In this document: positions 10,117-19,432 of the stretch, piece after piece
Numbering within the stretch: position 1 is the stretch's first letter
Layout: each line of letters starts with the position of its first letter
From: Methanothermobacter thermautotrophicus str. Delta H
GTDB lineage: Archaea; Methanobacteriota; Methanobacteria; Methanobacteriales; Methanothermobacteraceae
Assembly (NCBI RefSeq): GCF_000008645.1
Contig: NC_000916.1
Coordinates: 1,530,001-1,562,000, forward strand
DNA length: 32,000 nt
Direction: 5' to 3'
Translations under genes and position numbers: made by a program
Notes under the pieces: model-generated
The model's database searches: none
Seen by the model: only the letters and a program-made list of their open reading frames with translations
Told to the model about the DNA's origin: nothing

Positions 10117-12813
10117 ATGATTACCATGTCCCATCAGCTTGAAAAACTTGGATACAGAAAGTATGAATGCAGGTCCTGTGGAAACACCTTCTGGTCTATG
10201 AAGGAACGTGCAACATGTGGAGACGCCCCCTGTGATGAATACGGGTTCATCGGTAACCCTGCCACAGACAGGAGCTATGACCTCTATGAGATACAGGATA
10301 AATTCATGGAGTTCTTCGCCGAAAGGGGCCATGAACCCATCAGGAGGTACCCGGTACTTGCAAAACGCTGGCGGGACGACGTATTCCTTGTCGGGGCATC
10401 AATATACAACTTTCAACCATGGGTCACATCTGGCCTGGTGAAACCCCCTGCAAACCCCCTCGTGGTTGCGCAGCCATCAATAAGACTCAATGACGTTGAT
10501 AATGTTGGAAGAACAGGAAGACATCTCACATGCTTCACAATGGGGGGTCATCATGCATTCAATTCTGAGGATAACACTGTCTACTGGGAAGAAGAAACCA
10601 TAAAGTACTGTCATGACTTTTTAACACATATAGGTATTGATCCATCTGAGATAACATTCATAGAGTCCTGGTGGCAGGGAGGTGGAAACGAGGGGCCCTG
10701 CTATGAGGTATGCGTCAGGGGCGTTGAACTTGCAACCCTCGTCTTCATACAGTACCGCACCCTCCCTGATGGTGGCAGGGAGGAGATCCCCCTCAAGATA
10801 GTTGACACAGGCTATGGCCTTGAAAGGTTCGCCTGGATATCACAGGGGACACCAACAGCCTACGATGCCTGCCTTGGCCCGGTAATCGAGAAACTGGTCG
10901 AACTGACAGGCGTGAAGATCGATGAGGAGATACTTGCAGAGAACGCCCAAGTGGCCGGAATGATGGACATAGAGACCTACGCTGATTTAAGGGAACTCAG
11001 GAAGAGGGTAGCGGATAAACTTGGCATCTCAGTGGAGGAACTGGAACGTGCAGCCGCCCCAATGGAATCAGTTTACGCCATAGCCGACCATACAAGGTGC
11101 CTCGCATTCATGCTTGCAGACGGGGTCATACCCTCAAACGTGAAGGAGGGATACCTTGCAAGGCTCATAATCAGGAGGACCCTGAGGCTCATGAAGGACC
11201 TTGGTATGAAGGAGTCACTTAAGGATATAATGAACATCCAGGTGGAGTTCCTTGAGGGCCACTACCCTGAGATAAGGAGTCATCATGAGCACATACTGAA
11301 CATCATCGACCTCGAGGAACACCGCTATGCAAGGACAGTGAAGAGGGGCCGCAGGATTGTTGAGAAGACAATAAAATACCTTAAAAGGGATGGAAAAGCA
11401 GAGATGCCCCTGGAAATCCTCATAAAACTATATGACTCCCATGGAATCCCCCCTGAGACCATCGGTGAGATAGCAGAGGAATCCGGTTTTCAGGTTAAAA
11501 TTCCAGACAACTTCTACACCCTCGTAGCAGAGAGGAATGAAACAGAAACCGAGATGCCGGAGGAGGATGTACACCTGGACTACCCGGCAACAGAGCTTCT
11601 ATTCTATGATGAACCCGATGACCTGGAATTCCAGGCAGAGGTCATAGGCATACATGAGAATGGCCTGATACTCGACAGAACACTCTTCTACCCTGAGGGA
11701 GGTGGTCAGCCCTCAGATACGGGATACATTACAGCTGAAGGCTGCAGACTCAGAATAAAACATGCAGAGAAGATAGGTGCCGTTGTTGTTCACAGAACAG
11801 ACGATGAAATCTGCATAGAACCTGGAACAACCATCAGGGGATTTATTGATTCAGATAGAAGGCTTCAGCTCACAAGAAACCATACAGCAACCCACCTCAT
11901 AGTTTCAGCGGCAAGAAAGGTCCTGGGAGACCACATATGGCAGGCAGGGGCCCAGAAGGGAGTTAAAAGTTCACGCCTAGACCTGTCCCACTACAGAAGA
12001 ATAACACTGGAAGAGCTCCAGGAGATAGAGAGACTTGCAAATGAGTATGTCATGATGAACGTACCCCTGAAGGTCAGGTGGATGGACAGGGACCTTGCAG
12101 AGAGGAAGTATGGATTCATACTGTACCAGGGCGGAGTTGTACCCGGCTCCAGGATAAGGGTGGTTGAGATTCCAGGTGTGGATGTCCAGGCCTGTGCAGG
12201 TACCCATGTCCACAGGACAGGGGACATCGGACTCATCAGGATAAACAGAACAGAACGCATACAGGATGGAGTTGAGAGGATAGAGTTCTCTGCCGGATCA
12301 GCAGCCATTGAGATCATGCAGAAGACAGGGGACATCCTGAGGGAGAGCTCAGACATATTCAAGGTCACACCATCACAGCTTCCAGGGACCTGTGAAAGGT
12401 TCTTCACAGAGTGGAAGGCCCTCAGAAATGAGGTCTCACGCCTCAAGGAGAAGGTCGCGTCACTGAAGATCCTTGAGATGAAGGATAGGGCTGAGAGGAT
12501 CAATGACCTAACGGTGATAATCGACACCGTCGATGCAGATATGGATGAGATGAAGAACATGGCCCTTGAACTATCAGCCACAGTCGACGCCGTTGTCCTG
12601 GCGAACCCTGAAGGCAAAATCGTCGGAGCAGCATCTGAAGATGCTGTAAAGGCAGGTTTGAGGATCAACGAGGTCATATCACAGGCTGCAGCCGTGCTTG
12701 GAGGTGGAGGTGGAGGCAGACCTCACCTTGCACAGGGAGCAGGGCCCGCGACCGATAAAGTGGATGAGGCCCTTGAGGAGGCGAGAGCTGCACTCAGTAC
12801 TGTGAGGAACTGA
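10117..12813 (+). CDS. alaS: Alanyl-tRNA synthetase
   Basis: 898 aa with class II core, editing-domain motif RNHTATHLIVSAARKVLGDH and HVHRTGDIG. Start may be 10117 or 10126. Confidence 0.96.
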   Translation: MITMSHQLEKLGYRKYECRSCGNTFWSMKERATCGDAPCDEYGFIGNPATDRSYDLYEIQDKFMEFFAERGHEPIRRYPVLAKRWRDDVFLVGASIYNFQPWVTSGLVKPPANPLVVAQPSIRLNDVDNVGRTGRHLTCFTMGGHHAFNSEDNTVYWEEETIKYCHDFLTHIGIDPSEITFIESWWQGGGNEGPCYEVCVRGVELATLVFIQYRTLPDGGREEIPLKIVDTGYGLERFAWISQGTPTAYDACLGPVIEKLVELTGVKIDEEILAENAQVAGMMDIETYADLRELRKRVADKLGISVEELERAAAPMESVYAIADHTRCLAFMLADGVIPSNVKEGYLARLIIRRTLRLMKDLGMKESLKDIMNIQVEFLEGHYPEIRSHHEHILNIIDLEEHRYARTVKRGRRIVEKTIKYLKRDGKAEMPLEILIKLYDSHGIPPETIGEIAEESGFQVKIPDNFYTLVAERNETETEMPEEDVHLDYPATELLFYDEPDDLEFQAEVIGIHENGLILDRTLFYPEGGGQPSDTGYITAEGCRLRIKHAEKIGAVVVHRTDDEICIEPGTTIRGFIDSDRRLQLTRNHTATHLIVSAARKVLGDHIWQAGAQKGVKSSRLDLSHYRRITLEELQEIERLANEYVMMNVPLKVRWMDRDLAERKYGFILYQGGVVPGSRIRVVEIPGVDVQACAGTHVHRTGDIGLIRINRTERIQDGVERIEFSAGSAAIEIMQKTGDILRESSDIFKVTPSQLPGTCERFFTEWKALRNEVSRLKEKVASLKILEMKDRAERINDLTVIIDTVDADMDEMKNMALELSATVDAVVLANPEGKIVGAASEDAVKAGLRINEVISQAAAVLGGGGGGRPHLAQGAGPATDKVDEALEEARAALSTVRN

Positions 12814-12875
12814 TGTCATTGTGGCCGAACCGTTCGAGGAACTGGCGGGTTCACTGTGACTGCAGGGGGTTTAAT

Positions 12876-14108
12876 TTGGACAGGCACGTCTCTGAGATAA
12901 ACGAGAGAATACTTGAAGGGGATGCAGCTGTCTTCACAGCAGATGAGATAAAGGACATGGTCCGTGATGGTGACGTCCCATCAGCTGATGAGGTTGACGT
13001 GGTAACCACAGCCACCTGTGGTGTCATGTCAGGCACAGCAGCGGTCATGCACCTTAGAGTGTCAGAGCCGGGCTCCTTCCGCAAGGCAGCCAGTGTTGAG
13101 CTGAACGGAATACCTGCCTATCCTGGCCCATGCCCAAATGAGAACCTCGGGTCGGTCGACCTCTTCATCTACGGGACCGGTCACAGCAGGGAGGACCCTG
13201 ACTATGGGGGAGGTTTTCTGTTCAGGGACCTACTCCTGGGATCTGAGGTCGAGGTCAGGGTCACGTCTGTGGAGGGCAGGGTGGTTGAGTCAACGGTCAC
13301 CATGGATGATATTGAAACAGCCAGGATAGTTGGTACACGCATGGCCTTCAGGAATTACACAGCCCTTGTCAATCCAGGAGAAACACCAGTGAAATCCATA
13401 TTCAATGCATTTGAAATGCCAGAAAATTGCGGCGGTCTTTCCTTCTCTGGCTGCGGTGACATCAACCCCCTTGAAAACGATCCATCAATGGAGACCGTCC
13501 ATCAGGGTACCGGGGTGCTTCTGAACGGGGCCAGGGCCATAGTACTGGGAGAGGGTACAAGGAGTAGCCCCATAAAGCCGAACCTCATGCTCAGCGGCGA
13601 CCTCCACGACATGAAACCCCGTTACATCGGAGGATTCCGGACAGCAGCAGGTCCAGAGATATTTAACACAGTGGCGGTTCCAGTACCGGTAACATCAGAA
13701 AGGGTTCTTGAGAACCTCATGGTACTTAATTCAGATATAAAACTTCCTGTTGCTGATGTAAGGGATCGTTCAAGGGTTATAACTGAGATAACCTATGAGG
13801 ATGTTTGGAGTGGTGACGTGAGACCTGTCCACCACCCAGAGAGGTGCACAGACTGCGCGGTCTGCCTTGCAGCCAGGAGGTGCCCCACACATGCCATCGA
13901 TAACGGCCTGGACCTTGACAGGTGTTTCGGCTGTGGAGTATGCGCATGGTCCTGTCCTTCAGGAGCATATGAGATGGATACCGGGACAGTCAGGATAGGT
14001 GAACTGGCAGTGCCCATCATATGCAGACAGTCAGACAGGTTAAGGGCCCGCGAACTATCCCTGGAACTCAAAAAGCTCATAGAAAACGGGGATTTCCTCA
14101 TGGGATGA
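12876..14108 (+). CDS. mmp16: Methanogenesis marker protein 16-like: DUF39 domain plus C-terminal ferredoxin domain
   Basis: DUF39-like body (TTATCGVMSGTAAVMHL...SFSGCGDINPLENDP...GEGTRSSPIKPNLMLSGDLHDMKP) and two 4Fe-4S motifs (CTDCAVCLAARRCP, CFGCGVCAWSCP). The TTG at 12876 after aggggg fits better than the 12813 ATG. Confidence 0.82.
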   Translation: MDRHVSEINERILEGDAAVFTADEIKDMVRDGDVPSADEVDVVTTATCGVMSGTAAVMHLRVSEPGSFRKAASVELNGIPAYPGPCPNENLGSVDLFIYGTGHSREDPDYGGGFLFRDLLLGSEVEVRVTSVEGRVVESTVTMDDIETARIVGTRMAFRNYTALVNPGETPVKSIFNAFEMPENCGGLSFSGCGDINPLENDPSMETVHQGTGVLLNGARAIVLGEGTRSSPIKPNLMLSGDLHDMKPRYIGGFRTAAGPEIFNTVAVPVPVTSERVLENLMVLNSDIKLPVADVRDRSRVITEITYEDVWSGDVRPVHHPERCTDCAVCLAARRCPTHAIDNGLDLDRCFGCGVCAWSCPSGAYEMDTGTVRIGELAVPIICRQSDRLRARELSLELKKLIENGDFLMG

Positions 14109-14147
14109 GCGAATGGTTTTGGATGAGGTATAGATGATGGGGGTGTT

Positions 14148-15317
14148 ATGATTCTTGATTATGATGTTATACTTGCACGCTACGGTGAGGTCGCCATCAA
14201 GGGCCCCTCAGTGAGGAGAAGATTCGAAGGAAAACTTCTCCATAACATAAAGTCGGCCTTCAGCTGCAGAGCAGAGCTCAGACATGGAAGGATATTCATT
14301 TTTCCTGAAGACATGGATGAAGCCCTTGATAGACTCTCAAAGATATTTGGTATCGTGTCATTTTCTCCGGCCGTAACAGCTGAGACGGGTTTTGATAGCA
14401 TAGAGGATTCACTGAGGGAATACATCCATGAGCTGAGATCTGAAGGTCTCCTCACCAGCAGAACACCCTTCGCCATAAGGTGCCGCAGGGTTGGTGAGCA
14501 TGATTTCACGAGCCAGGAGATGGCGGCATTTGCTGGGTCAGTTGTTGTGGGGGAGATCGGTGCTCCGGTTGACCTCGGAAACCCTGACCTGGAGATTCAC
14601 CTCGAGATAAGGGAGGATGAGACCTACATCTACCACAGGGTAATACCAGGACCAGGGGGTCTTCCTGCAGGGACTCAGGGAAAGGTTGTGGCACTCCTAT
14701 CAGGGGGCATTGACTCGCCGGTGGCCACCTACCTGATGATGAAGAGGGGATGTCAGGTAGTGGCGGTCCATATGGACAATGCGCCCTTCACAGGTGAGGA
14801 AGCAGAGGAGAAGGTTGAAAAGATCGCTGCAAAGCTCGCAGAATACTCTGCAGGTGTTGAATTCAAACTGAGGACCTTCAGTTATGGAAGATATCTTGAA
14901 AGCTGCCGTAGAGGGGCTCCCGAGAAGATGACTTGCGTGCTCTGCAAATTCGGGATGTACCATCTTGCAGAGATGGTTGCAGAGGAGGAGGGGGCCCTTG
15001 CAATAGTCGATGGGAGCAGCCTTGGTCAGGTGGCATCCCAGACCCTCCCGAACATCCTTGCCACAAGGATGGGTGTGAATATTCCCATTCTGAGCCCCCT
15101 GATAGGCATGGATAAGGTGGAGATAGAGAACCTTGCAAAGAGGATAGGCACCTACGATATCTCCGTGATACCAGATGGGGGCTGTAGCGCCGTGCCGGCC
15201 CACCCATCAACAGCCTCGCCTCCAGAGGCAGTCATGGAGGCATCTGAGAAGATCAATGTTAAGGAAGAAGTTGCGGAGATCTTCAGGAAGGGCTCAAAGA
15301 CGAGGATATTCAGCTGA
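14148..15317 (+). CDS. thiI: tRNA 4-thiouridine synthetase-like ThiI (THUMP + PP-loop)
   Basis: RYGEVAIKGPSVRRRFEGKLLHNI (N-terminal ferredoxin-like/THUMP region), PP-loop ALLSGGIDSPVATYLMMKRG, and MTCVLCKFGMY CxxC. Confidence 0.93.
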   Translation: MILDYDVILARYGEVAIKGPSVRRRFEGKLLHNIKSAFSCRAELRHGRIFIFPEDMDEALDRLSKIFGIVSFSPAVTAETGFDSIEDSLREYIHELRSEGLLTSRTPFAIRCRRVGEHDFTSQEMAAFAGSVVVGEIGAPVDLGNPDLEIHLEIREDETYIYHRVIPGPGGLPAGTQGKVVALLSGGIDSPVATYLMMKRGCQVVAVHMDNAPFTGEEAEEKVEKIAAKLAEYSAGVEFKLRTFSYGRYLESCRRGAPEKMTCVLCKFGMYHLAEMVAEEEGALAIVDGSSLGQVASQTLPNILATRMGVNIPILSPLIGMDKVEIENLAKRIGTYDISVIPDGGCSAVPAHPSTASPPEAVMEASEKINVKEEVAEIFRKGSKTRIFS

Positions 15318-15417
15318 TCCACGGAGTAGGGGTGGGTGGATAACTTTTTAAATAATCAGATCCACATTTTATATAAGATCCATTTCATCAACTCACTATC
15401 TTCTGGAGGTGTAATAC

Positions 15418-16515
15418 ATGAAAACAACCATTAGTGTAATTAAAGCAGACGTTGGAAGTGTAGCCGGTCATGCAGTTGCCCATGAAGCTTTAAAGAAGAA
15501 ATGCGACGAGATACTGGCCGGCGCAAAGGAGACCGGAATCCTTGAGGATTACTATATAACCAACTGTGGGGACGACATAGACCTCATCATGACCCACAGA
15601 AACGGTGAAGAAAACGAGGAGGTCCACCAGACAGCGTGGAATGCTTTCAGGGAAGCGACAGATGTTGCAAGAGGTTTAAAATTGTATGGGGCTGGACAGG
15701 ATCTCCTTTCAGATACCTTCTCAGGTAACATAAAGGGTATGGGTCCCGGCTGTGCCGAGATGGAGTTCAAGGAGAGGCCAAGCGACCCTGTTATAATCTT
15801 CTGCTGCGACAAAACAGAACCGGGTGCCTTTAACCTCCCACTGTTCAGAATGTTCGCTGATCCATTCAACACAGCGGGTCTTGTGATCGACCCCTCACTC
15901 CACAATGGATACGAATTTGAGGTCTTTGACGTCGTCGAACACAAAAAGGTTACAATGGCATGTCCTGATGAGATGTACGACCTCCTGGCGCTTCTCGGTT
16001 CAATCAGCCGCTATGTCATCAAGAGGATACACAGAAGGGACGATGGTGAAATTGCAGCCTCAGTGAGTACAGAGAGGCTGAACCTCATGGCAGGTAAATA
16101 CATAGGTAAGGACGACCCGGTCGCAATAGTCAGGGCACAGTCCGGATTCCCTGCAGCAGGTGAGGTCGTTGAGCCCTTCGCATTCCCCCACCTCGTCGGC
16201 GGATGGATGAGGGGATCCCACAACGGACCACTGATGCCTGTGGCCCAGAGGGATGCAACACCCGTGAGATTCGATGGACCACCAAGGGTCATAGCCCTGG
16301 GATTCCAGGTAGCTGATTGCAAGCTTGTCGGACCCGTTGACATGTTTGATGATCCATCCTTTGACCGCTCAAGGCAGCTCGCCTCTGAGGTTGCAGAGTA
16401 TATGAGGAGGCACGGTCCATTTGAGCCACACAGGCTCCCATCAGATGAGATGGAATACACCTCACTACCCGGTGTGCTTGAAAAACTCGGCGACAGGTTT
16501 GAGGATATGGAATGA
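15418..16515 (+). CDS. fbp: Bifunctional fructose-1,6-bisphosphate aldolase/phosphatase (type V)
   Basis: KTTISVIKADVGSVAGHAVAH...LIMTHRNGEENEEVHQTAWNAF...DPFNTAGLVIDPSLHNGYEFEVFDV. SD ggaggtg precedes the ATG. Confidence 0.95.
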   Translation: MKTTISVIKADVGSVAGHAVAHEALKKKCDEILAGAKETGILEDYYITNCGDDIDLIMTHRNGEENEEVHQTAWNAFREATDVARGLKLYGAGQDLLSDTFSGNIKGMGPGCAEMEFKERPSDPVIIFCCDKTEPGAFNLPLFRMFADPFNTAGLVIDPSLHNGYEFEVFDVVEHKKVTMACPDEMYDLLALLGSISRYVIKRIHRRDDGEIAASVSTERLNLMAGKYIGKDDPVAIVRAQSGFPAAGEVVEPFAFPHLVGGWMRGSHNGPLMPVAQRDATPVRFDGPPRVIALGFQVADCKLVGPVDMFDDPSFDRSRQLASEVAEYMRRHGPFEPHRLPSDEMEYTSLPGVLEKLGDRFEDME

Positions 16516-16564
16516 TCTTTCCCTAAGATCTCATATCATTCCATTTTCAGGAATTCAGGATCTC

Positions 16565-17193
16565 CTAACCTTTAATTCTTTTTCTCTCCTTCATTATCTC
16601 CTGGGGTATGTCAACAACTCTCTCAACAGAATCAACCACAGCACCATCCGCTGTTGCAACAATGCCATCAGATTCCCTGAGCCTCCTGTCCACACAGTCT
16701 GAGAGCACGGCGCAGCCTTCAATACCCCTGGACTTCATCAGCTCCTCAACCAGTCCCCTGAGCCTCCCGCTGTGACTCACATTCCTGTCAAAATAGAATA
16801 TGGCCCTTCCCACCCCTGAATCAGCAAGGAAATCAATTATAAGATCCAGTGCCCTCAGGGTGCTGTCACCCATCCTGTAACTGCCGGAGACGCCCCTTGT
16901 ATCCCTCAGGAAACCATCCTGAGCCAGGAAAAACTGATCTGTGAGAAGGCTTTCTGTACCTATGAGCACATTGTACCCATCAATAAAAACAGAGGAGCCA
17001 CGGAGGGAGTTTCGGTTCACCCTGCGGATCTTCTCCTTGCCACGGTTTCATCTGAGAAGACGCACCTGGCAAGGTAATTTCGCTCCTCCCTTCCAAGAAG
17101 ATAGTGGTTCGCAACGAAGTTCAGGGCCACACGCTTACGGTAGCCCCTGTTAAGGAGGTAGCGCAGATCCTCGGCAGCCATTTCAAGGGACAT
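16565..17193 (-). pseudogene. DUF434/NYN-like protein split across two frames (apparent frameshift)
   Basis: 5' part 17017..17193 encodes MSLEMAAEDLRYLLNRGYRKRVALNFVANHYLLGREERNYLARCVFSDETVARRRSAG*. 3' part 16565..17020 encodes NRNSLRGSSVFIDGYNVLI... The two look like adjoining parts of one protein. ATG at 17193 overlaps the upstream stop (TAATG). Confidence 0.7.
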
Positions 17194-17846
17194 TAACCTC
17201 TTCTCTTGGCGATTATTATGAGGGCACGGTCGGAGGCATCCTCAGCCCTGTCTGAAATGTTTGCAACCTTACGGGTTATCTCCTTCATGTCCAGGAACTT
17301 GACAACACCTATCCTGTCCTGGCGGTAGGCGGAATACAGGCCAGTTATGATCTTCCTCTCAATTATATCGGCCTCATCCTCAAACCTTTCGATTTCATGA
17401 ACCTTCCTCATGGCCTCCCCCAGATCAGTTTCAAGGGATTCAACACACTCATGGAGGGCCCTGATGGTCTTTCCTGTAACCTTCATCATAGCCCTGAAGT
17501 CATCCCTGAACTCAGCAGGGAATGCGACCTTACCGAGAGACACCGTGAAGGCCGCTGATTCGATAACATCCGCAACCTTGTCTATGCTTTCAACGAGCAT
17601 TATACGGTCCTCCCTGTCAAATGGGAGGAAGGCACCCTCATAGAATTCAAGTTCCATCTTTCTCCTTATCTCATCCGCCTCATGTTCCTTTATGGCTATC
17701 TCCTTTGTGAGTTCGGAGACCAGTCTGCAGTCCCCCCTGTAGAATGCCTCCATCAGTTCCTCGAACTTCAGGTAGCATTCCATGACCTTTTCAAGGTGCT
17801 GACGCCCATGCTTTTCCACTTTACTTTCCTTCAGGAAAAATTTCAT
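17193..17846 (-). CDS. DUF47 / PhoU-like (TIGR00153-like) protein
   Basis: 217 aa all-helical: KEIAIKEHEADEIRRKMELEFYEGAFLPFDREDRIMLVESIDKVADVIESAAFTVSLGKV; IERFEDEADIIERKIITGLYSAYRQDRIGVVKFLDMKEITRKVANISDRAEDASDRALII. Confidence 0.88.
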   Translation of the reverse strand: MKFFLKESKVEKHGRQHLEKVMECYLKFEELMEAFYRGDCRLVSELTKEIAIKEHEADEIRRKMELEFYEGAFLPFDREDRIMLVESIDKVADVIESAAFTVSLGKVAFPAEFRDDFRAMMKVTGKTIRALHECVESLETDLGEAMRKVHEIERFEDEADIIERKIITGLYSAYRQDRIGVVKFLDMKEITRKVANISDRAEDASDRALIIIAKRRG

Positions 17847-17855
17847 TTTATCCCA

Positions 17856-18089
17856 TCATATTATCCTGTGAAGCATCCTGAGGCTGTCGAGAAGGCCATG
17901 GGCATAGGTTATGCATCCGAATGATGTGATGTGGTCCCCCTTCTCAAGGTAGTAGACCGAGTCATCCCTGTAGTTCAGAGCCCTCTCAACGACAGCCTCC
18001 TCATCATCACTCAATTTTATGGATTTCATTTCCATTAAATTTTTCTCAAGAAGTTCAAGATCCTTTTCTATACGTTCCCTGCAGTCCAT
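17856..18089 (-). CDS. DUF357 family protein
   Basis: 77 aa: [35 protein letters not shown], typical DUF357 sequence. Confidence 0.85.
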   Translation of the reverse strand: MDCRERIEKDLELLEKNLMEMKSIKLSDDEEAVVERALNYRDDSVYYLEKGDHITSFGCITYAHGLLDSLRMLHRII

Positions 18090-18104
18090 TGAAACATCCC
18101 TCCA

Positions 18105-18692
18105 TTATTTCAGCCTTTGCCACACGTAGATCATCCTCTGGATCATGGTAAAGTAACCGAGAGCTGCGAGCACAATAATCGCAGCGTCCATGAACCACGG
18201 ATGGATAAGGTACCCTGCAAGGGACCCTGCAAGGATTATAATGATTCTCTCAGCCCTTTCAGCGATTCCAACAGCGCATTCAATGCCCAGAGATTCTGCA
18301 CGGGCCCTCACATAGCTCACCATGAGTCCGGAATGGAGTGCGAGGAGCCCGGTTAGCAGTCCTGTGAATCCCCCCGCGGTTATCCCGATGATGATTATAC
18401 CATCGGAGAGTCTGTCAAGGGTAGAGTCAAGGAAACCACCGAAGGCTGTGGGCCTGAATCTTCTCCGTGCCACGGCCCCGTCAAGCACATCTATGAATCC
18501 ACTTGCTGCAAGCAGGGCCGCTCCAGTGATCAGGCTTCCAGATGCATATCCTGCGCTGGCAGCACATGCAACAAGGAAACCCGTCAGTGTTATGTAATCT
18601 GCTGGCAGGGCAATTCTATCTGCAATGGGGTCAATGAATCTCCGGATCACCGGTCTGAACTGGTTTAACATGGACTCATTTATATCTGGCAC
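18105..18692 (-). CDS. CDP-alcohol phosphatidyltransferase, probable archaetidylinositol phosphate synthase
   Basis: Signature DGAVARRRFRPTAFGGFLDSTLDRLSD (DGxxARx8Gx3Dx3D), multiple TM segments. Specificity inferred from knowledge of the Methanothermobacter enzyme. Confidence 0.85.
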   Translation of the reverse strand: MPDINESMLNQFRPVIRRFIDPIADRIALPADYITLTGFLVACAASAGYASGSLITGAALLAASGFIDVLDGAVARRRFRPTAFGGFLDSTLDRLSDGIIIIGITAGGFTGLLTGLLALHSGLMVSYVRARAESLGIECAVGIAERAERIIIILAGSLAGYLIHPWFMDAAIIVLAALGYFTMIQRMIYVWQRLK

Positions 18693-18711
18693 AGATATAT
18701 ATGATTAGGTG

Positions 18712-18812
18712 TGCCGGTTTTCGTGGTGTGGTGGTTGACATAAAGGTTTGCAATGATCACCCTGCCGGTTTTCGTGGTTGTAGTGGTTGATGTAAAGGTG
18801 TTCCGATGCTTA
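18712..18812 (+). repeat. Imperfect tandem duplication, about 51 nt unit, spanning the start region of the Sua5 gene
   Basis: Copies begin at 18712 and 18763, each tgccggttttcgtggt...gtggttga..taaaggt......atg. Confidence 0.85.
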
Positions 18813-19432
18813 TCAGAAAAATTACAAGGAAGAATCCCTCCCCTGACGTTCTGGAGGAGGCAATATCTGTGATGGAGGGGGGCGGGATCGTTATATACCC
18901 CACAGACACAATATATGGCCTCGGAGTTAATGCACTGGATGAGGACGCGGTAAGAAGGCTCTTCAGGGTCAAGGGGAGGTCACCCCATAAACCGGTATCA
19001 ATATGTGTATCCTGTGTTGATGAGATTCCCAGATTTTCAAGGCCATCCGGGGATGCGATGGAGTTAATGGAGAGGATACTCCCGGGTCCCTACACGGTGG
19101 TCCTTGAGAGGAATGAGCTCATCCCCGATGTGATAACAGGGGGATCGTCGAGGGTGGGGATAAGGGTCCCGGACGATGAGATATGCAGACGTATCGCAGC
19201 AAGGTTTCCGGTGACAGCCACCAGTGCAAATATATCAGGTAAACCGCCCTCACCAAGGCTTGAGGAGATTGTCAGGGACCTGGATGCTGTGGACCTGGTG
19301 CTTGATGCAGGGGACTGCCTGGACATGGAGCCATCCACTGTGATTGACCTCACAGTAAACCCTCCAAGGGTTCTGAGGAGGGGTAAGGGTCCTCTTGACC
19401 CTGTACTCCTGAGAGGGGCTGGAGATGTATGA
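18806..19432 (+). CDS. Sua5/YrdC family L-threonylcarbamoyladenylate synthase
   Basis: GGGIVIYPTDTIYGLGVNALDEDAVRRLFRVKGRSPHKPVSICVS; PVTATSANISGKPPSPRLEEI. Confidence 0.93.
   Translation: MLIRKITRKNPSPDVLEEAISVMEGGGIVIYPTDTIYGLGVNALDEDAVRRLFRVKGRSPHKPVSICVSCVDEIPRFSRPSGDAMELMERILPGPYTVVLERNELIPDVITGGSSRVGIRVPDDEICRRIAARFPVTATSANISGKPPSPRLEEIVRDLDAVDLVLDAGDCLDMEPSTVIDLTVNPPRVLRRGKGPLDPVLLRGAGDV

Noticed and set aside
11991-12677. 228-aa minus-strand ORF inside alaS
   Set aside because: Ser/Thr/Pro-rich shadow ORF antisense to a conserved AlaS domain.
14878-15210. Minus-strand 110-aa ORF inside thiI
   Set aside because: Antisense shadow ORF of the ThiI PP-loop region with no recognisable motifs.
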